Positions 23,484 to 35,624 of a stretch of 64,000 nucleotides of DNA are shown here, in pieces. The notes beneath the pieces were generated by a model. The model made no database searches, was not told the origin of the DNA, and worked only from the letters and a program-made list of their open reading frames with translations. The DNA is from Paramecium tetraurelia (taxonomy: Eukaryota), in assembly GCA_000165425.1 (NCBI GenBank), contig CT868005.1:124001-188000 (forward strand), given 5' to 3'. Both the position numbers and the translations under genes were made by a program. Position 1 is the stretch's first letter. Each line of letters starts with the position of its first letter.

Positions 23484-26400
23484 ATGATGCAGAATGAAGA
23501 AGAATATGAGTAATTTTCATACCAAACAAATGATACCTACGTGTATGCACATGTGGATATGAAGGATCCTATGGCTGAATATGTAAAATTTAATTAATTT
23601 TTAAATTAGAGCAACCAACACAAAAAGAGAAAGGGAAATGAATACAAGGTTTACAAGGACTTAAGAGATAGAAATGCATTGCTAACTATTTACAGAGCAG
23701 TTTAATATGATGGTAAATTTTCAACATGAGAATTAGGCTTTGATGAGTAAAACTTTATTAATAAAATAATCTCGTGGTTGTAGAATCATTAGAAGGTTAT
23801 ATTGCCAAAAGTGGATACAGATAAATATAAACTAAGCGAAAAAAGTTTTCTTAAGCATATTTTGACATAAATTTGTACAAAACCTGCAGATTCAAACGCT
23901 AGTGATTATATCAAGAAGAATTTAACATTAGCTCACTATGTCAATGAAGCAGCCGAAAAGCAAGGCGAAGGGTTTGTTAACAACATCCTTATGATGGTTT
24001 AGGCAGTCAAATTACAAGATTAAGCAGCCAAAGATCAAGATCAAATATATTTAAATTACTTTGCTTAAGCGGTGGCTTATTAAATGAAATAATCAAAGAA
24101 ACGTTTTTATTTCAATAATATTTCTAGCTCAAAACCAGGGAGAGTCATCTTTGAGATGTAATAAAGTGATTTTTATTAATTTAACTGGAAAGGAGAGTGC
24201 ATTCAATTTGGGAGAGTGGGAAAAAACATTTGAAAAGTCAGATGAGTTTGTTTACTTCTCTTTCATCAAAGTATTGGAAGATAAATAGCAAAATTATGAA
24301 GAGCAATTTCAAGAATACGAAAAATGGTTTTCTGGCATGGATATGGCGAATTTTAATTATTTTTTGTTACCTTATTATAGTTTTTAAAAAGAGAATAGCA
24401 ACAACATTTTACATGGTCAATTAGTAAAGACATTCTTTTAGAATTTTATGCATAATAGAATTGAGAGATTCACACATAAAGCTTACATTGCTTTAAGTTT
24501 ATCCTTATCCAATGATATTGAATATGACCCATTTGCTATCTAATTCTTGATTAATGCTCTGACAAAATTGAGTAATGACAGGTTAATGATTCATATTGAC
24601 ATTGAACTTAATGAGCGCGACAATCACTATGAATAAAAACTAACTCAATTAATGAATCTTTGTTATACTTCATTTTAAGAATAAAACATAGCAATTTAGA
24701 AAATAGTTCCACAAGAGAAACTGGAATTATGTGATTTGATCAATAGACTATAGAAAATCTTTACTCATTACAATCTAGCCTAGTTATACAAATCAATCTT
24801 ATATAGTGAAATCGCAATCAAAAATATATAATAAGAAATTAAATAATCAAAAAATACACCTTTGGAGAACAAAATAAAGGAACATTAGAGAATCTTTTAT
24901 AAAAAAAGCTCGCTAAAATATTATATTATCGTACCAGAGTTGGAAAAATAAGATATGTTAACACCTTACACGCAGGTTATCATTAATTATTAGGATGATA
25001 TCATAATCTTATATCAAGATGGCAAAAACAAATACTTATATTTCATTGACCTCAATAAAGCTTTTATTAAGGAAAAGAAATTAATGCAAAAGCTTAAATT
25101 GTAATTTTTATTTCTAAATTTAGTACTAATCTAACCAACATTTTAGGACCTTAAGACATCAAAAATTAAATTGTATTTTATTTCAATTTCAATATATATA
25201 TACTATATGGATAAAATGAATCCGATTTCAATAGGTAGGGTTCAAGATTCAGCCTTAAAGATGATGAATTATATAGTTTACAATATGATGAATAACAAAA
25301 ATTAACTTAAGGTAGTTTCCATTAAAAAGTTGCAATTTAAAAATTAGAGCCTTAAGTATTAATAGAAAAATTGAAACCGAGAGTATCCCCAACAGTTTGC
25401 ATCGATAGTTATACTGATTAAGTTCTAAAGGTTGTCCTATTTGGAGGAGAAAATATTTAGTAAAATTCTAATTTATATCATCTAGCACTCCTTAGATTAT
25501 GAATTTAGTAGAATATATGGAAATCAAGGAAACCTCCTTTTCCAGTTGTATTATAGATAAGAATAATTTGTATAAAGACTTGTCTTTTAAACCCTATCCA
25601 GGTCAAACCATATTGAATTTTAAGATTCAAAATGATATATTGTATTTGATATTGCCAGGGAATGATGTATTGAGATAAAAAGCCCAAAATCATCCAATCA
25701 ATTCTCAATTCTCTTAAAATGCTATTTTGATGAAAAAAGGATGCACAGATTTTTCAATTTCCAATATCCCCTTCAAATACTATGGAGATGATAATTATAT
25801 GTTGAGTTCAATATCTAACAATTAATAAAACTCTTAACTCATATTCTTTGATGATAATTTGGCTGTATGGAGAGTTATATACTCATAACAAATGAAGAGA
25901 GAGACAATAGAAAAGGTGAAATTGACTTTCTCTTGCTTAGCAGGAAAAGATTAAGAAACTAAATTTAGCAATAAGAGAGAAAAATGTTTTACAGAATAAC
26001 ATGATGAAATTGATATGATTTTTGCCTATTATATTGAAATTCAGAAGGATCTAAATGAAGCTGATATTGAATCATTTTTTCAAAAAAAATATGGATTTAA
26101 TAAATCAAATTAGGGATCTGGGTAGATAATCTAAAATATAGAACAATAATAATAGTAGGAATCTAAATTATAATAAGAGGGACCCTGGTAATTTAAAATT
26201 CTAGATGAAGCTGACTTTGAACCATTGTTTCAAAAAAAATATGAATTAAATAAATCAAAATAGGGATCTGAGTAGATATTCTAAAATAAAGAATATTAAT
26301 ATTAGGAATCTAAATTATAATAAGAGATGAATGATAATATCAAAAAATACATAAAAAAACTTAAATCAGGAAAATTATTTGATTTATCAGATAATAACTT

Positions 26401-26680
26401 TAACAGGAATTTCGGAATGCAAGAAGAAAGAGGAAATTACAATGACGATCCATACTTCCAACAAGAGTTTTTTAAATCGAATGTGTTAGATATTTATGAT
26501 GCAGATACTAATCAATTATTCTCAGTTGCATTTGAGAATTATCTTTATTTGGATACTTAAACCAAACAATTATCAGTCAAACAATTCACATACTTAATTG
26601 GAGATCCCATAGGCATGCCTTAAATTGATATTATAAACTAATAGGGTATGTAGGAAGTTACAAGTGCAAAAATTACATGA
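23484..26680 (+). CDS. Large hypothetical protein with Kelch-like blades in the C-terminal half
   Basis: Reading frame continues across short introns; IVFYFNFNIYILYG and PRVSPTVC..KVVLFGGEN..NLVEY resemble Kelch repeats; TGA at 26678-26680. Confidence 0.65.
26055..26326 (+). repeat. Imperfect intragenic tandem duplication, period 150 bp (50 codons)
   Basis: atgaagctga..caaaaaaaatatg..aataaatcaaa.tagggatctg.gtagata.tctaaaata..taggaatctaaattataataagag starts at 26055 and again at 26205. Confidence 0.9.
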
Positions 26681-26695
26681 TATTTTATTAATAAA

Positions 26696-29600
26696 TCATT
26701 AGATCAACATTTAAAAAAATTCTGTTTATTTCTATTTATTCTGATAAACTTGTATCCATTTCGTAAAATTAATCAAATATACTTATCCTTTTTCAGACAA
26801 CACTAAAGATTCTAACAACACAAGGGGATTTAATGATAAACCATTTGGTGATACAACAGTATTATTTTTCGAAACATATTGAAAAAATACTGGAAGAGAA
26901 GCTGGATTTTCAATGTTCTCGATCTTTAAACAAATAAATAAGGAGAGTTAAGATTCTTCAATGCCACTGAAAAATCTAAACTTATTTTCTAAATCTGCCA
27001 TATTGGTTTGCATATTCACTAAGAATTCCAAATATCTCTTATCTCTCTTGATCATTTGAATTCTTTTTGTATAGTTTTCCCTTGGAATCTATGCAAAATA
27101 TTTTGATACTTCCAATCCATTCAATATCATCAAATAGATAAAAGAATCAATAAACTTATATTAAGGTTACATAGACAAATTATTTATGTGAGTTTTCAAA
27201 AAGTATGAAAGTTGATCTCTTCCTTCAGACATCTCTTCCTTTGCTTTTGGTTGTTTTTTAACCATTGAAACCTTGTATTTTGGTAATTAATTATAATTCA
27301 TCTCAGTTGTAATTGAAGGGAAATAATTAACATTCTCTTTAGTGGTTTTGAAATTGAGTCCTTTGAGATCAACGCCATTAAATAATTCTTAGACCTTGGT
27401 TTCAAATTCGGAATCGACTATCTTTTAATTAAAATGCAATTGAAAGTAGGTTTCATCTTAAGCCATCTTTATTGAAATGGATGATTTTGATCGATTAAGG
27501 AATTCTAAGGCCTAGTAAATGAATTTGAATTCTGAGTCTTATTCTTCATAACATTATGAAGCAAATCTTATAATTGTATCAATAGAACATTTAAGATCCC
27601 AAGTTTAAATTAAATTCTAGAGAATTGGCTTGATAAACTTCTATTTTTCTTAATTGTCTAATTGTTCAAATAATTAATCAATTTAATGAATTCCAACCTA
27701 TTGATTTTAAGAAGCAATTAATAGCTCTAAAGATAATTTTTCTATTTTATTGTTTTCAAAGTTTTCTTTCAATAATTAACGAACTTTCAAATGAATAAAA
27801 GGAAAGAATGAACTGAATTGAATAATATTTGATTCATTTGGTAATTAGTTTTGAGTCAAATAATTTTCAAGATAAACTTGTAAATCGGAAAAGTATACAT
27901 CCTTTGTATTACCTAAGGCTTTGCAAAATAACTAAATATAGTAGTTTAATTTATACCATCACATCTTCATTATTGAACTAATCAATATTCATATATGCCA
28001 AATAGCCTAAGATTTTCAAACTCTCCTAAAATTGATGTGTAGAATTTCTGATTTACTATAAGAATGCTTTAAGTAGAGACATCTAAACTTTTTTATCAGC
28101 AAGTAAACCTGATGGTAAGACTTCTGTGCCATCCTTTACTAAATCGAAACAACTAAGGAGATTTTCTGATGATTTGATATATATCTAATAGTTAAGAATC
28201 TAAGGGTTAAATGCGAATATTTACATTCATTTTATCAATTAAAATCAAATTCTTGACTAGAATATCTGAATTCCAGAGGACACAAGTTCTCTCGTATAGT
28301 TTATTAAGGATTGCAATCTGTTCAGTTTCAAAAGTTATTTGTAATGTGTTGATGATTTCTGGGAAGTATTGTACTGATTCAAAGGACTAGTGATTGATTT
28401 ACAAAGAGTATGTATGTGTGAAGTCATCAATTTGTCGTTGTTCAACTAAGTATTATTCATTCTCTGCCAATGATGCATATATAATGTCTTAAGCAAATTG
28501 CTTTAATTGGGCCTGTTGTTCGGAAGTCAAACTATTCATTTGACACACATAATAGATTGATTCAATGGTCATGATCTAGTCATCTTTGTTTCCATTCATG
28601 ATGATATTTAGGATTTCCTGATTGATTGGGATATCGTATAATTTCATAACTTTAGTCAATAGATTGACATCATTAGAAAATAAACTAGGTTTAGAGATGA
28701 GTTTTAAAATGATTGATTTTTCAAATTAAAAACCTATTGTTAATTGTTTTGTTGTTTACATGATAAGGATACGACCTTTAGAATGTTAGTGGCTAGTATG
28801 CTTGTGAATTGAAATTGGATTAGATTTTCAACAAAAGTCTTAGTTACTGCTTGATATTCTTGTGAAGGTGCAAGTCCAAAATCAAATACATGTTATTTGA
28901 TATGAGTGTATTATTCTTTGAAGAATTCATAAGTAATCTCTAGGAAATCATTATATAAACTGAGTGAGGACTCATTGATTTTGATTTCACTCAATTTCTC
29001 ATGTAACAAACTAATCAAGAAATTGGGTTATTTCAAGTGTTTATTGAAGACATTTGAAATGAAAAGTAAATGATTAAAGTTGAGTAGATCAATGTGTCTC
29101 TGAACATTCCTTTCAAGAAAATTCAGAATTTTATCATTTCTTCTTTCCTAAGCAACCTTGGATGTAATGAAGGAACTTGAAAACAATTCATTGCAAATTC
29201 TTGCTAACATCAATACTGAATTGCCATCTTGCAATTATTTATCATGAGAAATGAAACTGACAACGCTAACATAATCACATAATTAAAATACTCCAAAAAT
29301 AAAGTTTAGCTGAATTCATACAAAGGTACCTTAGCAAGTTCATAACATTTTAATAAAACATATAGTTATCCAATTGTCAATCTCTATCTTTTAGAATTCT
29401 TTAGTTTATTAAGGAAATTCTCAGTACATGGAACACCATGCAATAACATCATGCTCATGATATCAATATTTGAAGATATGGAACCACTCTAGATTCCAGA
29501 ATTGGCAAATCTGAATTTATAATTTAATGGGATTACCTATTGACTGCATCTTGTATCAAGGCTTCGGGTCTGATTTCACTTAGAAAGATTGTATATAAAA

Positions 29601-30449
29601 TGTTCTTGTAGTCAACAATATTGGGTTGTATCATTTTGTGTGATTGAATTCCGTAATACTTCTGAATGAAGTTGTTGGCGGTCTTACGATAATGGGTGAA
29701 ATCATTCAATTTAATTGAGTTTGTGATCATCAAATCATATAATTGTCCGATAATTTTGGCAATGTTCAGAGGTTAAGATTATGAGAGATAATCAAACTTA
29801 TATAATACAATTCCAAATTCTTAGAAGAGTTCTTTAAATTTTTCATCTTGTTATTTGGACTTCTTGTTGTTCTAAGGTTCATAGAACAATTCAAACAAAT
29901 TGGATGCAAAGTTTACAAACAAACTATCCTAAAATGAATGAACATTCTTAATGAGATTGATTGCACCATCAATAAAGGAAATGCTGGTGATACTTTAAGG
30001 TTAATTGAAATGAAATTTGAGCAGTTGAATTTGTTCTGGTGAGAATACTTAAAATAACTTCAAACCAGACATTGATGCTTCCTATTCATTCATGTGTATT
30101 TAATTGCTTTATTATGAATAATCAATAAACTAGAATAGTAAAATAAGGATTACATGAGAGATATCATACAAAGATTTCTAATAATATTAGGATTGAATGG
30201 AATGCAAAGAGAAATTGCTTAACTCTTTAATGAAATCATTTCTGTTAACTAAGAACTTCAATTTTTGAGTGATGACTGATTGTGGTAATTTGATGTCGTC
30301 CAACTAAAATTAACTGTATAATCTACTCTTGCTTCTTCTTTATATTAAGTATTCAACCATAGTAATGGTTTCTTCATCTACAAAGTGGGTCTAATAATGC
30401 ATGGGATGGATTAGCAAAATGAATTCTAAACTTTGTTTCCTCTAAGCAT
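26696..30449 (-). CDS. Large helical protein (about 1200 aa) with RAP-domain-like C-terminus
   Basis: Long code-6 frame with short introns; C-terminus LLESLVLSEKGQVYLINFTKWIQVYQNKQKQTEFFQMLIQ* resembles the end of RAP domains (domain call tentative). Confidence 0.7.
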
Positions 30450-30516
30450 ATAGCCTTAAATTAAATTTAATTCGAATAATTAATTTTGTTTAATAACTCT
30501 ACAACATTTATATATT

Positions 30517-30747
30517 TCATTTTGTGACTTTATCAATTTTCTTCAATAGTTTATCTGCCTATTGTTTCTTGATATCCCTTGCTTTGATGATTTTCTTCAT
30601 TTTGCTATTCTCCTCACTTTTGCCCGAGAACATTAATCTATCGACAACTATGCTCAATGCATATATCATCCAATAAGATATAAAAGAATAGAACATGATT
30701 CCAGGTATGCTAGAAACATCGGGTAAATATTCTTTAATTTTTTCCAT
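30517..30747 (-). CDS. Small single-pass membrane protein (76 aa)
   Basis: MEKIKEYLPDVSSIPGIMFYSFISYWMIYALSIVVDRLMF..KARDIKKQQADKLLKKIDKVTK*. Confidence 0.65.
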
Positions 30748-30770
30748 CAAATAATTTAATTAATATAAAT

Positions 30771-32546
30771 ATGGATTAAGATTAAAGAGGACTTTCACCC
30801 TAAACTTCAAAATCATCGTCACATCAGAATCAAGTTTCAAGGAATAAAGAATTTCAACTTGACTTCTTTATCCAGAAGAAATTCATCTCTGATGATTTGA
30901 AATCCATTTTAGAGGAAACACAAGTATGTTATCGAATCTAAATAAGCAAAAATATTCGATTAAATCCATCTATGTCAACCAAAAGAATTAAATCCCAGAA
31001 TTAGAAGGTTCAGCATTTACAATTGATGATCCTGGAGAAAATAAAATGAATGCCAAATGCGATGCCATCCTTCATATTCTTTCATCCCTCCAGGATAGAT
31101 GCAAACAATAAATCAATATCATTCTCTTAATACCAGAAGGTATTCCATATCTAATTCTAGGAATCGTATCCTTCTTGATTGGCTCCAAAGGATCCTAGCT
31201 TGCAAAAATCATCGAAGAAACCAATGCCAAAATCACAGTAAATCAACCAATTGCCAATTACTCTCCTAGAACTGTTAAAATTGTTGGCGATCAAAGCACT
31301 ATCAATTGTGCTATTAAGGCTATAACCAAAAAAATGTAGGAGAGAGGCATATCTCAAGAAGATTATAAAAAGGTTCCTGAAGCTTTGAATCCCTAAAAAG
31401 TGAATTCCAAAGTAACACTCTTTACAATAATTTGTAGGCAAAACTCATTTTCCCATCTTTCGTTGTAGATTACATTCTAAAGAACAAAAATGAAGTTGAA
31501 AATAAATATGATGTCTCTATCAAGGCCAAAGAAAGCAATGATATCAGACTTACAGTAACAATCTCATTTATTAGTATCCTTATAGCAAAAATGCAAACTC
31601 AAAAGAGATGATAAAATAGTTTAATTGCAAGGATCCTTATCCAATGTTTAAGATGCTTTGTCATCACTCATTAGAAGAGTCACAGAACATCAAAAAAAAC
31701 AAGAATTAGAAATCAAAATTGTTATGCCAGCCAGCTATGCATCCAAATTAATCGGAGCAAGTATCTCATTATCTCAAATAATTTAGAGGGCGGTTAAATT
31801 AGAGACTTAGCTACTAAATCTAAAGGAGCTCAAATCAAAGTCTTATCTGATAAGGACGAAACTGACCACGATTATCGTACTTCATTTCTCTAATAATTCT
31901 AGACTGTATTGTTCAAATAGCGGGAAATCTGCAAAACAAATAAGATGCCAGTAAGTTGATTCTGTAACAAATTGAATGTTTCAAGAATGGAGGACCTGTA
32001 TTCTTATATTATTTAAAATAGATCATGGACAGTGGCAAATTTTTAAATGATGAAAATCATACCTCTCAAATATCTAATAATTATGATGAATATAAAATCA
32101 AGAGGTTTATTATTTTACCAAACTTATTTAGGGAAAAATCCAGTTCCATTTCTGAGAGGAACTCACGTTCAAGATCTTAATCTAGACGAAAACACAAACA
32201 TCAAAGAAAACGATCTATTGAAAGAAGATCGGTATCATCAAGGTAATTCAAATATATTATGCCTACTTTGTAGTTATTCTAAAAGAAGGGAAAGGGCAAA
32301 TGTCTTATCTACAAAAATAATTGTTTCTAATGAAGTGATGCATATTTTAGAAAAATATCATAAATTAAGTGAATATAAAGAGAGATATAATGTAGATATC
32401 TAAGCTGATGACTCGGTACTAATCAAATCTTAAATAATTAGAGAAGAAACTCTGAATCTTACTTGAGATTAAAAGGCAAATTAAAAGATTGTTTAATTGT
32501 TATAGAAGAAATTTTGAATGAGCAACAAAAAATCCTAAGAAAATGA
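30771..32546 (+). CDS. Multi-KH-domain RNA-binding protein with RS-rich segment
   Basis: KH motifs LIPEGIVSFLIGSKGSQL and VMPASYASKLIGA..QIRDL; Arg/Ser-rich linker RSRSQSRRKHKHQRKRS. Confidence 0.88.
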
Positions 32547-33944
32547 ATATTAAATATAACAAAAAATTAATAATAATAAAAATAACCTAAGAACTTCATA
32601 ATAATTATTAATAAAAAGATTAATAATTAATAATACAAACTCTTTATGTCATAAATATATATCCCTCATGTGATTTTATAAATTTATTATGTCACCAATT
32701 TTTATGAAATTATTTCTCTAATTTTTGACTCATCTTTTACATCTCTTTTAAGGATTGAATTTTAATCAATTTCATATCTTATTTACTCGTTCATTCATTA
32801 TTACAATCTTCTGAACAATTAAAATATAATCGTATATATATAATTTACATAAGTTACTAAATTCTTTTAATTCAGATTTCTTTAACTTACTTTAATCATT
32901 TAAACTTAATCTAATATGCATTGATATTTGCTTAAAAACAATAATACAAAAGATTCTTTAAAGAAAGATATTAATAATCTTTAACCATAATGATAAATTG
33001 AAATTTAACAATTTAGTTGAGCTTAACAGTAGTTGAATGAAATCAGAGCAATAGATATTTTCAATTAATAATTTGAATAATAATTAAAATAAATTTAAAA
33101 TTAAAATCCAAAAAAATATTCTTCAATTAAGTATAGAGAATAGAGTCAAATAATAAGTTATGTTTTTGGATTAATGTTTGGAGTATATATAGAGAATCAG
33201 ATAAATTTACGATACAAAACATTCTATCAACAAAATATATTGCCATTAGAAAATTTATTCTTCAGTTCTCATAAACATTTTTTCATCAATATTATAATAA
33301 TAAAATCGGTAGAACTTAAAAGCAATTTTTTATTCTTCGCTTCTTCGGGGATATTTTTTTCATTCAGCAAACGTCAGTTATGAAATTAACAATAATTTAA
33401 CTAAAATCTAAATTTTTATTCTTTGTTACTAATGTACATTTTTTCTTGACAGCAAAATTTAAATACAAATTTAATTTATACTAAAATCTAATATTTTATT
33501 CTTTTGTTGACTAATAATTTTTTTTTTTTCTATCACCCTTACATTTTCATTGATTTATAATTATGATAAATATTTAGTCAAATAAATTAAATTAAAATAA
33601 AATAATTTGTATTGAAGGATTTCTCTCAAATTTGAAATTGAGTTTTTAAGCATTCACCTTACTCTATTGATTATTGAATATTTATTATATGATAAGCTGT
33701 TATTATTGAGTTTCTTAGTTATGATCTTTATATCTTCTTAAAATTATATTATGAAAATTAAAATTATGGGGAGATGATAAGGTAAAATGAAAATTATGAT
33801 ATACCAAGCATAAAATTAGATGAAATGCAATTCTAAGTATTATATTCTATTTTTATTTGATATAATAATTCAAGATAACAAATTATTAAGATGATAATTT
33901 AAAAGCTTAAAATATGAGTTTGATTTGCGAGGAAAAATTAATAA

Positions 33945-34565
33945 ATGAATAACTAGTTGCTTACCTATGGGAAGAATAGTATAAGAAAACATAACTTGGA
34001 GAAAAGACAATTATAAACTATGTTTTTTCCAAACAAATGGAATTTTCATTATTTTTTTAATTTGATGAAAGATTGTCAACAATTCATTATAGCATGTGTA
34101 TCTGAAATAGATCATTCTTGGATAATAAAATTATTAGTATTGTTAGCAAATGGAGGTAGAAAAATATATTTGATGATGGATTGTAATGAAAGATAGAAAA
34201 ATGATGAATTATTTTAAGCAGTTATTTGTGAATTGCTAATAGAGAGCTAATTTCGAATCAAAATTGTTGTTAATACAAAAAAATATGAAAGTTTACCAAC
34301 CAATTTTTGCGTAATTGATGGAAAAGTATTAATTACTACTTCTGCTAATTGGACAATAAATTCTTTCAACAAGTCTCATGAATGGATGATGTTCGACAAA
34401 AAATACGATAATATTGTAGAAATGATAGAAATATTTGAATAAATGTGGAACTAATTTAATTTTGTTACATTTATTAATGAAGATATTGCTTTGTTGGATA
34501 ATGATGATTCCCAATTTCAACCAGTATTCATATATTCATAAGATTGTGTTTTTGATACATTATGA
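33945..34565 (+). CDS. PLD6/Zucchini/mitoPLD-like single-domain PLD protein with degenerate HKD motif
   Basis: Intronless 206-aa frame: MFFPNK..GRKIYLMMD..LPTNFCVIDGKVLITTSANWT..SHEWMM..FEQMW, against family consensus MHHKFxxxDxxxLITGSxNWT..N.EN..FExxW. Confidence 0.8.
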
Positions 34566-34821
34566 TTTGTTATTAAATAAATATTGTAAATAATTTTTAT
34601 CAATGACAACACACAATCTAAAAATATTGTATCAGTCCAACCAAGATATCTATAATACATTTTACATGCAAGGCAAGACTATTATATCAATTAGAAACTT
34701 AAAATCTATAAGAACTCTGAATCTTATTTGTTTAATTCTCATTTTTATATTTACTTGACAAGATTTAAAATAGTGTAAATAAATTCTTAGGAATTAAATT
34801 AGAAATTCTAATTATATATAA

Positions 34822-35241
34822 TCAAAATCCTTTTCTTTGAGTTCCAAGGCTGGGGAAACTCATTCCAGACAAGCATTGCAGCCAAATATTGATATTAACC
34901 CATTGTTAGTAGTTGTTGTATTATTGAACAATAGAGTTAAATTAAGAATAACTATTTTAGCCATTTTTAATTTCCTAACCTTGTCTAACATTAGAAAAGG
35001 TTTCTTCCTTTATGTTTTTCATAGTTTCTCTTTGATCTAGTTAGTTATGGTTCTTTATTTTTCTGATTCTCTTTTGTTTTTTTCCAATCCGGCCTTCATG
35101 TTTATACAATGATAGGATGGCTTTGCCAGTTGAAAATTTAATTCCAAATTACTTGGCTGCCTGCTTAATAGTACAGACTCCTTATTCTACTTTATTGATA
35201 AAGGCCAATCTTGTTTCATCTGAGATTTTTGAATATTTCAT
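34822..35241 (-). CDS. Small helix-turn-helix protein
   Basis: YSKISDETRLAFINKVEQGVCTIKQAAKQFGIKFSTGKAILSLYKHEGRIGKK. Confidence 0.72.
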
Positions 35242-35624
35242 TAAATCTAATTTTTTCTTTTATTTTCTTCAATTATTAGAGATTATTTGGAATTTATATA
35301 TTATGCAGATCTAATTTAATTGATTAATTCAAACTAAAAACTACTATAGATTTTCTTACATTTCTAATTTGTTCCTGACATAATATAATCTCTTTGAATT
35401 GAGATAATTATAAAAGACTAAATTTAAATCAAAGAAAGGTTAATAATAAATAATTTAAGAAGACAACAAAGAATTTCAACATAAGTATTTTTAATTAAAT
35501 TTAATTTAGATGTTTTGTGGTTTAATCATAGGATCACTAAATTAAGGGCTTAATTTCTAACGTGTATATTTTTACACACGGTGGACAATAATAATTTAAT
35601 GAGTTAAATTAATTAAAATTATGA

